64,000 nt of DNA from Candidatus Atelocyanobacterium thalassae (GCA_051971635.1 JBFPLN010000003.1:548715-612714); one strand, 5' to 3'. Positions 33,368 through 43,750 are shown, numbered from the stretch's first letter. The notes: generated by a model from the letters alone, not told the origin. Numbers and translations are program-made.

Positions 33368-35137
33368 ATGAGACTACAATGTTATTTATTATTTATGATA
33401 ATGGGGTTAATTTTTCCTAACCTTGTTTTATCCAAAGAATATCATACTAAAAAAGTCTCTACACTAAAAAATAATTTCATATTACATAAAAAAGATATTA
33501 CTAAAATATCATCAGAATCAAAAAAAACTTTTTTAAATAAGAAGAAAAGAGAATATTCAACTTATAACCCATTCTATTTAACGAAATCTGTAAGCAATCA
33601 AACTACAAGCCATAGCTGTGAGGGTAAGCCTCCTAAGTTAGAACATCCCCTTACGAGTTTGGTAAAGATTGACCAAAAAAATGTAGTATCTCCAATAGAT
33701 GATTCTTCTGATTTAAGTTTAAAAGCATCAAAGATTAATAAACTTGAGACAACAAATTATCAAGAAAAAATTGTCATGATTTCTAGTGATGAAATAAATC
33801 GTTATCCTATTTTAATAAAGGCAGATTTTTTTTATAAATGTGGTGATATTTCATCAGCAGAAAAATTTTACAAAGATGCAAAAGATTCTTTCACTGATGA
33901 AAAAGAAATAAATCGTGATAACCTTGCTGAAGCAGTATACGAATCAGAATACTTGTTACCAGGAGGAGGTGTTTACTGGCGCTTATACAAAGAAAGTTTA
34001 GATGATAATGCAGTTTATCAAAGTAAACGCTTATCATCTTTAAAATTGTTATCTAAACATCATCCTGAATTTATTCCTGGACATCTTAAATTTGCAGAAT
34101 TTTTAGATGCCAGTCATCAACATGAAAAAGCTTTAAATATATTAGAAAATGCAATACATTTGTATCCTAATGAAGCTCCTTTAGTTAAGGCTAAAATTAA
34201 ATCAAATGAAAAAGTAAAAGATTGGCTAGCTGCATCTCTTACGGCTCGTCAATTTGTTGTATTTAATCAGGAACACTTTTTAACTGAAGAGTTTAGATTA
34301 TCAGCTGATAAAAATTTAGCTCGATACAAAGCTGATTTAAGAAAGAATATGACTTGGAGTATGTTAGGTAATGCTGTTATGAATGGTATAGGAGTCGCTT
34401 TAATGGGTAATATCTTCGCGCCTCTTTCTACTATACAAACAAGTTATCTTCTTTTACAGGGGGAATCAACCATTGGTGAGAGTTATATGGAGGGTTTTAA
34501 GAATCGCTTTACCCTAGTTAAAGATAAGGAAATAAATTCATATATTAATCAAATTGGTAATAAGCTTGCAAAAGTTGCTGGGAGAGACGAGTTTAAATAT
34601 GAATTTTTTGTAGTAATGGATAAAAATATTAATGCTTTTGCTTTACCTGGAGGAAAAATATTTATCAATTTAGGAGCAATTGCTAAAACTTCTTCAGAAG
34701 CTGAAATAGCTGGTTTGTTGGCTCATGAATTGGCCCATTCTGTTTTATCACATGGATTTCAACAAATGACTCAGGGGGCTTTAGTAAGTAGTGTTGTAGA
34801 TTACATACCTTATGTTGGAGGGTTGGCTGGTAATTTAACAGTTTTGGCTTATAGTCGCAGTATGGAAGAACAAGCTGATTTATTTGGGACAAGATTACTA
34901 GCAGCTACTGGATTTGCTGCAGATGGAGTTCGTAACTTAATGGTGACGATGAATTCTGAACACAAAGACAATTTACCTGCTTGGTTATCAACACATTCTG
35001 AACCTGACAGTCGTATAAAATATATCGAAGAAGAGATCGTTTATAAAAATTTAAACCGTTTTGCATATGAAGGAGTAGAAAAGCACCAAAAAATTAGGCA
35101 AAAGGTAGTTAAATTATTACAAAACAAGAAAGTGTAA
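33368..35137 (+). CDS. M48 family metallopeptidase with signal peptide and TPR-like region
   Basis: INAFALPGG, AHELAH (HExxH), YSRSMEEQAD, LSTH. Confidence 0.9.
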   Translation: MRLQCYLLFMIMGLIFPNLVLSKEYHTKKVSTLKNNFILHKKDITKISSESKKTFLNKKKREYSTYNPFYLTKSVSNQTTSHSCEGKPPKLEHPLTSLVKIDQKNVVSPIDDSSDLSLKASKINKLETTNYQEKIVMISSDEINRYPILIKADFFYKCGDISSAEKFYKDAKDSFTDEKEINRDNLAEAVYESEYLLPGGGVYWRLYKESLDDNAVYQSKRLSSLKLLSKHHPEFIPGHLKFAEFLDASHQHEKALNILENAIHLYPNEAPLVKAKIKSNEKVKDWLAASLTARQFVVFNQEHFLTEEFRLSADKNLARYKADLRKNMTWSMLGNAVMNGIGVALMGNIFAPLSTIQTSYLLLQGESTIGESYMEGFKNRFTLVKDKEINSYINQIGNKLAKVAGRDEFKYEFFVVMDKNINAFALPGGKIFINLGAIAKTSSEAEIAGLLAHELAHSVLSHGFQQMTQGALVSSVVDYIPYVGGLAGNLTVLAYSRSMEEQADLFGTRLLAATGFAADGVRNLMVTMNSEHKDNLPAWLSTHSEPDSRIKYIEEEIVYKNLNRFAYEGVEKHQKIRQKVVKLLQNKKV

Positions 35138-35308
35138 ATCTTATATCTTTTAGGTATTTATATTTCTATATTTTTTCTTAAATATATGAGAATATGTCAA
35201 AGATAAAGTTTGATAGACTTTAAATTTATCAATGATATTCAAATATCGTGATTCTATAATAATTATTTCTACTACTTATTAAATATAGTCTTTATAATAA
35301 AAGTCATT

Positions 35309-36040
35309 ATGCAAAATAAATTACCAATATTTGAAAAAATTTGGGAACAAAGATTGAATTGGAAGCCAACAAAAAAACAATTAGATCAGTGGGAAAAGCT
35401 ATATCAAGAAATAATATTAATTAATAACAAAGTTAATCTAACCCGTATTATACAGCCTGAGGAATTCTGGGAAAAGCATCTTTGGGACTCTATTACAGGA
35501 GTGATAGGATTGCAGTTTTTTGAATACCCAAAAAAGATGAAAGTCATTGATATTGGTACAGGAGGTGGTTTTCCTGGACTTCCTATTAACATCATTTTTC
35601 CTGCATGGAATTTTACTTTTCTTGATTCTAGACGAAAAAAGATAGAAGTTGTTAATTCTCTGTTACAAATATTAGGATTAAAAAATTCTTTGGGACTAGC
35701 TGGTAGAGCAGAAGATATTGCTCATAATTCAAATTTTAGAGAAAAATATGATGTAGCTTTAATTCGTGCAGTTGGAAAATCATCTACTTGCATTGAATAC
35801 GTAGTCCCATTTTTAAACATAGGAGGAATAGGAGTACTATATCGTGGTAATTGGAGTATAGAAGAAGAACTGTCACTAAAAGTTATTTTAGAGAGACTAG
35901 GGAGTAAACTAATTGCAGTTAAAGGATTAAAAACTCCTTTAACCAATAGTGTTCGTCATTTCGTCTATATACAGAAGATACAACCAACTTCTCAGAATTT
36001 TCCTCGTGATACTGGTATTCCAAAACGTAATCCTTTATAG
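35309..36040 (+). CDS. rsmG: 16S rRNA m7G527 methyltransferase RsmG (GidB)
   Basis: NLTRI, KHLWDS, DIGTGGGFPG, RAE, RAV. Confidence 0.96.
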   Translation: MQNKLPIFEKIWEQRLNWKPTKKQLDQWEKLYQEIILINNKVNLTRIIQPEEFWEKHLWDSITGVIGLQFFEYPKKMKVIDIGTGGGFPGLPINIIFPAWNFTFLDSRRKKIEVVNSLLQILGLKNSLGLAGRAEDIAHNSNFREKYDVALIRAVGKSSTCIEYVVPFLNIGGIGVLYRGNWSIEEELSLKVILERLGSKLIAVKGLKTPLTNSVRHFVYIQKIQPTSQNFPRDTGIPKRNPL

Positions 36041-36531
36041 TTTTTAACAAGTAACGATACTTAGAAAAATTCTTTATAATAAGTGTTTTAATAATAATCT
36101 TTATCTAATGCAGTATACTCATATAAGTAATATGATTTTTTAGCAAGATTATTTAATTATAATAAATTAGTAGATTATTCTTGAAAGATGTTAACAGAAT
36201 GTATCTGCTAATATCTTATTAAACAAAGATATTCGTATAAAAAAACTATTATCTAAATATCAACAATTTTTTGTATTTTTAACATACATTTGGTAGTGTA
36301 CCTACTTCATTTTAATTTTATAAATTATTACTTAAAAAAATTAGATAAATAGAACCGATTTTTCAAAATTGTTTAGTATATTTAAGAAAACTAAATTTAT
36401 TACTAATTAATTTTAAACTGTTTAACTGATTACTATATACTAAGTAAATTGCACCATATGTCATATTAAAAAAGTAAATTTTTTTAAGAATTCCAATATC
36501 TTAGGATAAGAAACTTGATTTTTAGTAATTA

Positions 36532-37962
36532 ATGTTCTCATTAGCTGATACTATGGCCATTAAGTCAATTCCCAGCGAATCTTCAAAAGAATATGGCTTA
36601 GAAAGTAGCCTCTCTACTACAGAGCCTACTCCCATCCCTGCACTTAAAGAAGTTGTAGCTAATCTATGTCGAGAACAAAACAAAATCCAAAACTTACTTA
36701 GCTCTTTAGGATTTGCTCTGAGAAGTTTTAATAATCTTAATCAATTTTTAGAACTGGCCCCTTTAATGGCAGCAAGAGTAACTGATGCCGAAGGTGGTGC
36801 TTTAATATTAGTTAATAGCGATGGATATACATCACTCGAGCAACTATATTGTCAAAATCATCAAATGAATCAAGAGATTAGAGAAGCAATCTCTAGTGTT
36901 ATTAATAAAACAAATAATAAACAAATAAAACTGACTTTGTCGCCATCTTTATTAGATGAAAAAATTTCTAAAGTTTTAGGTAAAAGAATTTGTCTATATA
37001 GTACTCCTATTTTAGTAAAAAATATGGAGATAGGACGTATTTATGTTTTTAGTAGTAATTCAGAATATTTATGGACTCAAACCAAACGAAAATTATTGCA
37101 GTTAGTTTCTGATCAAACATCAGTAGCGATCGCGAATAATGAACTAACTGTAGAATTACGTTCTAAAGAAAGACAAGATAGAGAATTAGAAATTGCATCG
37201 GAGATTCAATTACGTCTATTACCTCGTCAATGTCCTACGATTAAGGGAGTAAATTTAGCAGCTCGTTGTCAGACGGCTAGTCGAGTAGGAGGTGATTACT
37301 ATGACTTTATTCCTACAAATTACGATCAATTTCCACAAAATAAAGAATTGAAACAAGATGATAAGCTTGCCTGTGTGCCTTGGAGTATTGTCATAGGTGA
37401 TGTTATGGGGAAAGGAGTACCCGCAGGTTTAATTATGACCATGACTAGAGGTATGCTAAGAGCAGAAGTCTTGCATCGTCACTCTCCTGCACAAATACTT
37501 CAACATCTTAATCATTTTATGTATGTTGATTTAGACAATTCTCATCGTTTCGTAACATTATTTTACTCTGAATATAATCCTAAAAGTGGTTGCCTCTCTT
37601 ATAGCAATGCTGCCCATAATCCGCCTTTACTTTGGAAGTCAATAACACATAATATTCAAAAGTTAGATACAGAAGGCATGTTAATTGGATTGGATCCTGA
37701 TTCTCAGTATGAAGATGGTCAGGTACAACTTTCTTCTGGAGATGTAGTCCTTTACTACACAGATGGCTTTACAGACGCTGTCAATAAAAAGGGCCTCCGC
37801 TTTGACGAAAAAAACCTTATTAAAGTATTTGAAGAAGGATGTCACCAATACAATAATTCTCAAAAAATACTTGATTATGTATTTAGCCAAATTGAAAATT
37901 TTATTGGATCAGAAAATGATGATAATGATGATATGACTTTAGTTGTTATGCAAATAGAATAG
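36532..37962 (+). CDS. GAF + PP2C/SpoIIE (RsbU-like) protein phosphatase
   Basis: VGGDYYD, IGDVMGKG, YTDGFTD, DDMTLVV. Confidence 0.92.
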   Translation: MFSLADTMAIKSIPSESSKEYGLESSLSTTEPTPIPALKEVVANLCREQNKIQNLLSSLGFALRSFNNLNQFLELAPLMAARVTDAEGGALILVNSDGYTSLEQLYCQNHQMNQEIREAISSVINKTNNKQIKLTLSPSLLDEKISKVLGKRICLYSTPILVKNMEIGRIYVFSSNSEYLWTQTKRKLLQLVSDQTSVAIANNELTVELRSKERQDRELEIASEIQLRLLPRQCPTIKGVNLAARCQTASRVGGDYYDFIPTNYDQFPQNKELKQDDKLACVPWSIVIGDVMGKGVPAGLIMTMTRGMLRAEVLHRHSPAQILQHLNHFMYVDLDNSHRFVTLFYSEYNPKSGCLSYSNAAHNPPLLWKSITHNIQKLDTEGMLIGLDPDSQYEDGQVQLSSGDVVLYYTDGFTDAVNKKGLRFDEKNLIKVFEEGCHQYNNSQKILDYVFSQIENFIGSENDDNDDMTLVVMQIE

Positions 37963-37978
37963 TTTATTTATGTCATGA

Positions 37979-38009
37979 AGTAGGTTTCAACAACTACTTT
38001 AAACCTACT
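37979..38009. terminator. Hairpin between the convergent phosphatase gene and tRNA-Gly
   Basis: agtaggttt ... aaacctact, 9-bp arms. Confidence 0.5.
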
Positions 38010-38015
38010 AAAGTA

Positions 38016-38087
38016 AGCGGGTAACGCGATTCGAACGCGCGACATTCACCTTGGCAAGGTGACGCTCTACCACTGAGCTATACCCGC
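38016..38087 (-). tRNA. tRNA-Gly(GCC), CCA not encoded
   Basis: Reverse complement GCGGGTATAGCTCAGTGGTAGAGCGTCACCTTGCCAAGGTGAATGTCGCGCGTTCGAATCGCGTTACCCGCT folds as a cloverleaf with anticodon GCC. Confidence 0.98.
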
Positions 38088-38149
38088 ATTTTTCTTACCA
38101 GATATTACAATAATATAAATTTATAAAAATGTCAACTGTTCATAAAATT

Positions 38150-38581
38150 TTAAAAAATAACATGTCTTTGATCTAACCATCTTTGCAGGATTATTTTTGC
38201 AGCATAGCTATCGACAAGTCCTTTGTTATAGCTAGAGTATTTTCGTTTTGCTTTTAATTCTGATTCGGCTTCCAATGAAGTAAATCTTTCATCAATATAC
38301 TCTATGGGTAGTTCTAGATTTGAAGAAATACGACTGCTAAACTTCTGTATTTGCCTAGCTTGAGAGCCCAAGCTTCCGTCTACTAAGATTGGTAACCCAA
38401 TAATTAATTTTGTTACTTGTCTCGTTTTTATAATTTTTCTCATTTGCTCAATATCAGATAAAAATGATTGACGATGAATAGTAGTTAATTCTGTGGCTAT
38501 CAACCCTGTTCCGTCACATCCTGCTATACCAATTCTTTTTTTACCGACATCTAACCCTAGAACACAAATTTTTTCAGTCAC
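38150..38581 (-). CDS. yqgF: YqgF/RuvX family pre-16S rRNA nuclease
   Basis: LGLDVGKKRIGIA, IGLP, DERFTS, DSYAAKIILQ. Confidence 0.95.
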   Translation of the reverse strand: MTEKICVLGLDVGKKRIGIAGCDGTGLIATELTTIHRQSFLSDIEQMRKIIKTRQVTKLIIGLPILVDGSLGSQARQIQKFSSRISSNLELPIEYIDERFTSLEAESELKAKRKYSSYNKGLVDSYAAKIILQRWLDQRHVIF

Positions 38582-38906
38582 AGTGAAAATACATCATACG
38601 CTACGAAAACATAATACTATCTTAGATTGGTATTATATTGCAAATATAAAATACGTTATAAGTACCATAAAATTTTGCAATTATGAAAGATTATTTAGTC
38701 ACTCTTTATTAGTACTTAAAGTTTTATTCTTTTTGAATAGACAGATATCGATGTTTTTGAAAAGTAGCAATATATATTTTGAAGTTATACAGTAAAATTA
38801 TTATTGACTTAGCTTAGTCAAAATTAAGATTCCAATTTACAGATTTAGTTACAATAGAGTAGTTTAAGGTGAATACCCTAAATGTGCCTAGTAAAAACCC
38901 AAACCC

Positions 38907-39992
38907 ATGCAAATGCAAATGGAACTGTATAATTTAATCGCTTTTTCCATCGCGCTTATAGTGGTTTGGTGGGTAACGCCTATTGTCAACAGATTTGGAC
39001 AAAAAAAAGGACTAGTTGATAATCCTCGAAATGATATTAATAATCGCAAAATGCATCAGCGTCCAATGGTACGTTTAGGTGGTATTTCTGTTTTTGCTGG
39101 AACTATTACCGCTTTACTTTTTGTGTGGACGTTCGGAGGCTTTGGATGGTTACCTACTCAGAAAGAATGGGAAATTTGGGGAGTAATTATTGGAGGAATT
39201 GCTTTTTTTCTGATTGGGTTAATTGATGATCTCTACGATTTAAGTCCTTTACATCGCCTAATTTTACAAGTTTCTGTTGCAAGTATAGCTTGGGGAGTCG
39301 GCGTTCGTGTTGACTTTTTATCAGTTCCTTTTGGTAATCTGAGTCTAGTGCATATTGGTTGGCTAAGTTTACCTGTCACTGTCATTTGGTTAGTAGGAAT
39401 GGCTAATGCTATTAATTGGATTGATGGATTAGATGGTTTGGCAGCAGGAGTATGCGGGATTTCTGCTGTAGTTATGATGGTTCTTACTCTTTTCATGGAA
39501 CAACCTTCTGCTGCCCTAATATCTGCTGCTTTAGCTGGTTCTGCCCTAGGATTCCTCCGATATAATTTTAATCCTGCAATTATTTTTATGGGAGATAGTG
39601 GAGCATATTTTATGGGATTTACTTTAGCAGGAGTAGGAGCTATTGGATTAGTTAAGATAGCAACAATGGCTACTGTAGCAATTACAGCGGTAGTACTACC
39701 TTTCGTAGTACTAGCTGTTCCGATTCTAGATATGTCAGTTGTTATTATTTCTCGTATTAGTCAAAAAAAGTCGCCTTTCATAGCGGATAAACGACATTTA
39801 CACCATCGTTTAATTCAAGCAGGAATCTCACATCGCCTAACTGTGTTATTTATTTATACTTTAACCTTATGGGTGGGGAGTATTGCATTAGGATTATCTA
39901 ATATTCCTAGCGGTTGGGGTTTTACTTTAGGTGCAACAATTCTTTTAGGTTATATCAGTTCTAAAGCCTGGAACAGAACTCATAAGAAATAA
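38907..39992 (+). CDS. MraY/WecA/TagO family undecaprenyl-phosphate GlcNAc-1-phosphate transferase
   Basis: GLIDD, NAINWIDGLDGLA, NFNPAIIFMGDSG, DKRHLHHRL. Confidence 0.93.
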   Translation: MQMQMELYNLIAFSIALIVVWWVTPIVNRFGQKKGLVDNPRNDINNRKMHQRPMVRLGGISVFAGTITALLFVWTFGGFGWLPTQKEWEIWGVIIGGIAFFLIGLIDDLYDLSPLHRLILQVSVASIAWGVGVRVDFLSVPFGNLSLVHIGWLSLPVTVIWLVGMANAINWIDGLDGLAAGVCGISAVVMMVLTLFMEQPSAALISAALAGSALGFLRYNFNPAIIFMGDSGAYFMGFTLAGVGAIGLVKIATMATVAITAVVLPFVVLAVPILDMSVVIISRISQKKSPFIADKRHLHHRLIQAGISHRLTVLFIYTLTLWVGSIALGLSNIPSGWGFTLGATILLGYISSKAWNRTHKK

Positions 39993-40173
39993 TTTCATTT
40001 TCTAAATTTGGTATGTATTGTTAAATTAGAAGACTCACAAGATTTTCAAAAGCAACAAAACAGTAAGTTTACCTAATCTTACTTTATAAATAGTGTCATG
40101 TTTATACCATATAAGTTCACAAAAATTAAGGTAAAATAACGTAGAATTTATTTTGTAACCTAAAACGTAAAAT

Positions 40174-40209
40174 AAGCTCTACACCAATGATTTAATTAGT
40201 GTAGAGCTT
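40174..40209. terminator. Hairpin downstream of psaL (convergent gene pair)
   Basis: aagctctacac ... gtgtagagctt, perfect 11-bp arms. Confidence 0.6.
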
Positions 40210-40250
40210 TAATAGGATTATAAAAAATCTAAATCGATTTTGTATTATTC

Positions 40251-40736
40251 TTAATGTACAGACCAAACACCTTTCACGACTTCTTGTAAAAGTTCCAGGT
40301 GAGGTGTTTGACAAAGAAGATAAGCGAAAAATCCACCTCCACAACCACCAATAAAGAAACCATTAGCGAATTCACTCCAGCCTTCAGGAGTGCCTAAGTT
40401 TTCAGGAACTTCTGGAACAGTTATAGTTGCCAAAGGTTTTTTAGAATTTACTGCAGTATACATAGATAAGGCAATAGTCAAAATAGAAATCAAACCAATA
40501 GTAGCTATAACGCCTGTCATAGCAGCTTGTTCTGTACTACGTAATGGATTTAGAATAACAAATGGTCCATAAAGAAAGTAACCATGAGCCATACCAACTT
40601 CTAATCCGCGACTATTTGCAGATAGCCCTTTACGGTAAGCAGGTAAATTTCTAATGAAGGCGAGAGTAAATCCTGACGAATTAAAGGGAGTGGCTAAATT
40701 ACCATCTTCACAATGTTGAATTACTTCTGTAGTCAT
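40251..40736 (-). CDS. psaL: Photosystem I reaction centre subunit XI
   Basis: GNLATP, FIRNLPAYRKGLS, RGLEVGMAHGYFLYGPF. Confidence 0.96.
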   Translation of the reverse strand: MTTEVIQHCEDGNLATPFNSSGFTLAFIRNLPAYRKGLSANSRGLEVGMAHGYFLYGPFVILNPLRSTEQAAMTGVIATIGLISILTIALSMYTAVNSKKPLATITVPEVPENLGTPEGWSEFANGFFIGGCGGGFFAYLLCQTPHLELLQEVVKGVWSVH

Positions 40737-40913
40737 ATTAATCACTTAGTATAAGTTGTCCAACTTGTCTGCAGTATATTTCACTGCCCCCCCCTTATTA
40801 ACCTCTTTTAACATAGAATGTTAAGAATCTTTATAATTGACTAATTAAGGGAAACCTGACAGATAAGATTCATGGTATGGCACTCTAGATTAAAAAAATA
40901 GGAGTATAAAAGA

Positions 40914-41027
40914 ATGCTAGGTACATATGCACTTCCTTATTTGCCCGTGATATTTGTTCCCTTAATGGCCGTTTTAGCATTTACAGTTATGGGGTTGTTA
41001 TTTATGCATGTTGAGTCTGAAGCCTAA
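40914..41027 (+). CDS. psaI: Photosystem I reaction centre subunit VIII (37 aa, not in the ORF track)
   Basis: AGGAG RBS at 40900; MLGTYALPYLPVIFVPLMAVLAFTVMGLLFMHVESEA; divergent from psaL. Confidence 0.9.
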   Translation: MLGTYALPYLPVIFVPLMAVLAFTVMGLLFMHVESEA

Positions 41028-41047
41028 ATAATTAACTATTATTTTTG

Positions 41048-41079
41048 AAAAGTCTCTCTATTTATCAGAGAGACTTTTT
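41048..41079 (+). terminator. Intrinsic terminator after psaI
   Basis: aaaagtctctct ... agagagactttt. Confidence 0.75.
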
Positions 41080-41169
41080 GAGGTTAAAGGCTTTTATTCA
41101 TTGTTTTTGCATTTTAGAAAAAATAAACCCGAAGTTTCATAGACTAAAAATTATTTGTTATAAATTCTT

Positions 41170-41412
41170 ATGTGTTTAGCAGTTCCTGGAAAGATAGTAA
41201 GTATTAGTGGCGAGAAACCTTTACTAAAAAAAGGAAAAGTTAACTTTGGTGGAATCCTTAAAGAAGTTAGCTTAGCTTATGTTCCTCAAGCTAGTGTTGG
41301 AGATTATGTAATTGTCCACGTAGGTTTTGCTTTAGCTATTTTAGATGAAGAGGCAGCTGAGAAAAGTCTAGCAGAATTTGACGATCTAGAAAAAACTTTA
41401 TCTTCAATGTAA
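41170..41412 (+). CDS. hypC: [NiFe]-hydrogenase maturation chaperone HypC
   Basis: MCLAVPGKI, VGDYVIVHVGFA. Confidence 0.97.
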   Translation: MCLAVPGKIVSISGEKPLLKKGKVNFGGILKEVSLAYVPQASVGDYVIVHVGFALAILDEEAAEKSLAEFDDLEKTLSSM

Positions 41413-41476
41413 TAGAAAGAAAAAGCTCGTAAATTAATAATGCTGAAAGAATCAACAAATAGCTATTATTTATAAA

Positions 41477-42709
41477 CTATAAACATGGCTTTATTTTCTT
41501 AATTATTTCTTCTAAAACTAGAGAAATATGAGTCCAATGAGTACCGCCTTGACAAAAAATAATATATGGCTCTTTTAGTGGACCGTCAGCTGATAGTTCT
41601 GAGGTACTGCCATCTATAAAAGTACCTCCAGCCATTATTAACTGATCTTCATATCCAGACATTTGGGAAGGAATAGGATCTAAATAAGAACCTACTGGAG
41701 AATAAGATTGCATTACACGACAAAAAGCTATTAAGTTTTCAATAGAACCTAATTTAATAGCTTGTATTGTATCTCTCCTAGAAGACATAGGTAAAGGATT
41801 AACTTCATACCCAAGTTTGTGAAAAATATAAGCTAATAAATGACTTCCTTTAATTGATTCTCCAACCATTTGTGGGGCTAAAAACAAACCTTGGAATAAT
41901 AATCTATTTTGGTTTAAAGTGGCTCCCCCCATACTCCCAATACCTGGAGAAGTTAGTCGACAAGCAGCCATTTCTACAAGTTTTTTACTCCCTGCAACAT
42001 AACCTCCACTATTGACAATGGTTCCTCCTAAATTTTTGATTAAAGAACCAGCCATTAAATCAACGCCAACTGCAGTTGGCTCTAATATTTCTGCAAATTC
42101 ACCGTAACAATTATCTACGAAACATATCAAATGAGGATTTTGACTTTTAACAATCTTGACAATTTTTTGAATATCTGAGATGGATAAGCTTGATCTCCAA
42201 GAATATCCGCAAGAGCGTTGAATGAATACTAACTTAGTGGAAGATTTGATAGCTGTTTTTAGACGATCCCAGTCAACTGTTCCTTCTTTGGTTAGTTCTA
42301 GTTGACGGTAATTAATATTAAAATCTTTTAAAGAACCTTGATTATTTCCTCTCAATCCAATCACTTCTTCTAGAGTGTCATATGGTTTACCTGTAACTGA
42401 TAACATTTCATCTCCAGGACGAAGTACTCCGAATAATGCAGAAGCAATTGCATGTGTTCCTGATACAAACTGTATACGAACAATAGCTGCTTCAGCACCA
42501 AGTATTTGGGCAACAACCTTATCTAGTAATTCCCTTCCAGAATCACTATGTCCATATCCTGTGACACTTGAAAAATGATGACTCCCTAAGTGGTGGTCAC
42601 GAAAAGAATTCAAAGTCTTTTTGAGATTTTGTTTGACTTCCTGGTCAATATCCAAAAAAAGTGGTGATAGAGTACTCTCTGCTTCTTTTATAAGTGCTGA
42701 ACTATTCAA
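41477..42709 (-). CDS. PLP-dependent methionine gamma-lyase family / aluminium-resistance (YnbB-like) protein
   Basis: FVSGTHAI, QRSCGYSWR, FVDNCYGEF, AGSLIKNLGG, GSTSELSADGP. Confidence 0.9.
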   Translation of the reverse strand: MNSSALIKEAESTLSPLFLDIDQEVKQNLKKTLNSFRDHHLGSHHFSSVTGYGHSDSGRELLDKVVAQILGAEAAIVRIQFVSGTHAIASALFGVLRPGDEMLSVTGKPYDTLEEVIGLRGNNQGSLKDFNINYRQLELTKEGTVDWDRLKTAIKSSTKLVFIQRSCGYSWRSSLSISDIQKIVKIVKSQNPHLICFVDNCYGEFAEILEPTAVGVDLMAGSLIKNLGGTIVNSGGYVAGSKKLVEMAACRLTSPGIGSMGGATLNQNRLLFQGLFLAPQMVGESIKGSHLLAYIFHKLGYEVNPLPMSSRRDTIQAIKLGSIENLIAFCRVMQSYSPVGSYLDPIPSQMSGYEDQLIMAGGTFIDGSTSELSADGPLKEPYIIFCQGGTHWTHISLVLEEIIKKIKPCL

Positions 42710-42760
42710 ATTATAACTCCAGACAAAATCTTTATAATGCTTACCATCTTAGAAGTAATC

Positions 42761-42805
42761 AAGATACTTAATTTTAATCTAGGATAGATTAAAATTAAGT
42801 ATCTT
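42761..42805. repeat. Perfect 21-bp inverted repeat in a divergent promoter region
   Basis: aagatacttaattttaatcta-gga-tagattaaaattaagtatctt. Confidence 0.92.
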
Positions 42806-42925
42806 AAGTATCTAATTTCAATATAATGCTTTATATGCAAATATAATATTTATTCTTCAAAAGCTTGCCAAACTAAATCAACATCATTGTCAAGCATTAT
42901 TAATCATATTCTATTAGGTTTTTAC

Positions 42926-43750
42926 ATGATTGTTGCCACATCGCAAAAACTTCCCCGTGACTGGACAATTATTGTTTATATGACTTTAATTCATTGTTTG
43001 TCACTATTTGCTCTGTCTCCAAGCAACTTCAGTTGGGGAGCTATTAGTATAGCTATTCTCTTTTACTGGATTACAGGAGCTTTAGGTATTACATTAGGCT
43101 TTCACAGATTAGTTTCTCATCGTAGCTTTCAATCTCCTAAATGGCTAGAATATCTACTAGTTTTCTGTGGAACATTAGCTTGTCAAGGTGGCGTTATCCA
43201 GTGGGTAGGATTACATCGTATTCATCATAAGCATTCTGATACAAGGCTAGATCCTCATGATTCTAAGCGTGGGTTTTGGTGGAGTCATATGGGATGGATA
43301 ATGCATAAAATTCCTGCAGATAGAAATATTCCTCTTTATACTCAGGATATTAGTCAGGATCATTTTTATAAATTTTGTCAAATTTTTATGATTCCAATTC
43401 AAATCCTTCTTGGAGTAATCTTTTACTCTTTAGGCGGAAAGCCATTTGTTATATGGGGTATATTTGTTCGTTTAGTAGTTGTTTTCCATCTTACTTGGTT
43501 TGTGAATAGTGCTACTCATAAATTTGGGTATCAAAGCTATGCATCTTATGATAATTCTTGCAATTGTTGGTGGGTAGCATTATTAACTTTTGGTGAAGGG
43601 TGGCACAATAATCACCATGCTTATCAATATTCTGCTCGCCATGGAATAGCTTGGTGGGAAATTGATATTACTTGGATAATTATTCAGCTTCTTCAGTTTC
43701 TAGGATTAGCAAAAAACGTAAAATTAGCCCCTAAAAGTAAAAATATGTAA
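42926..43750 (+). CDS. desC: Delta-9 acyl-lipid desaturase
   Basis: Three His boxes: HRLVSH, HRIHH, HNNHH; ATG at 42926 preferred. Confidence 0.93.
   Translation: MIVATSQKLPRDWTIIVYMTLIHCLSLFALSPSNFSWGAISIAILFYWITGALGITLGFHRLVSHRSFQSPKWLEYLLVFCGTLACQGGVIQWVGLHRIHHKHSDTRLDPHDSKRGFWWSHMGWIMHKIPADRNIPLYTQDISQDHFYKFCQIFMIPIQILLGVIFYSLGGKPFVIWGIFVRLVVVFHLTWFVNSATHKFGYQSYASYDNSCNCWWVALLTFGEGWHNNHHAYQYSARHGIAWWEIDITWIIIQLLQFLGLAKNVKLAPKSKNM

Noticed and set aside
38016..38150. tRNA-Gly as an integration site or island boundary
   Set aside because: No integrase, no duplicated tRNA 3' end, and housekeeping genes on both flanks
38493..38795. 100-aa plus-strand ORF
   Set aside because: Overlaps yqgF antisense, has AT-driven composition, and shows no RBS or motif
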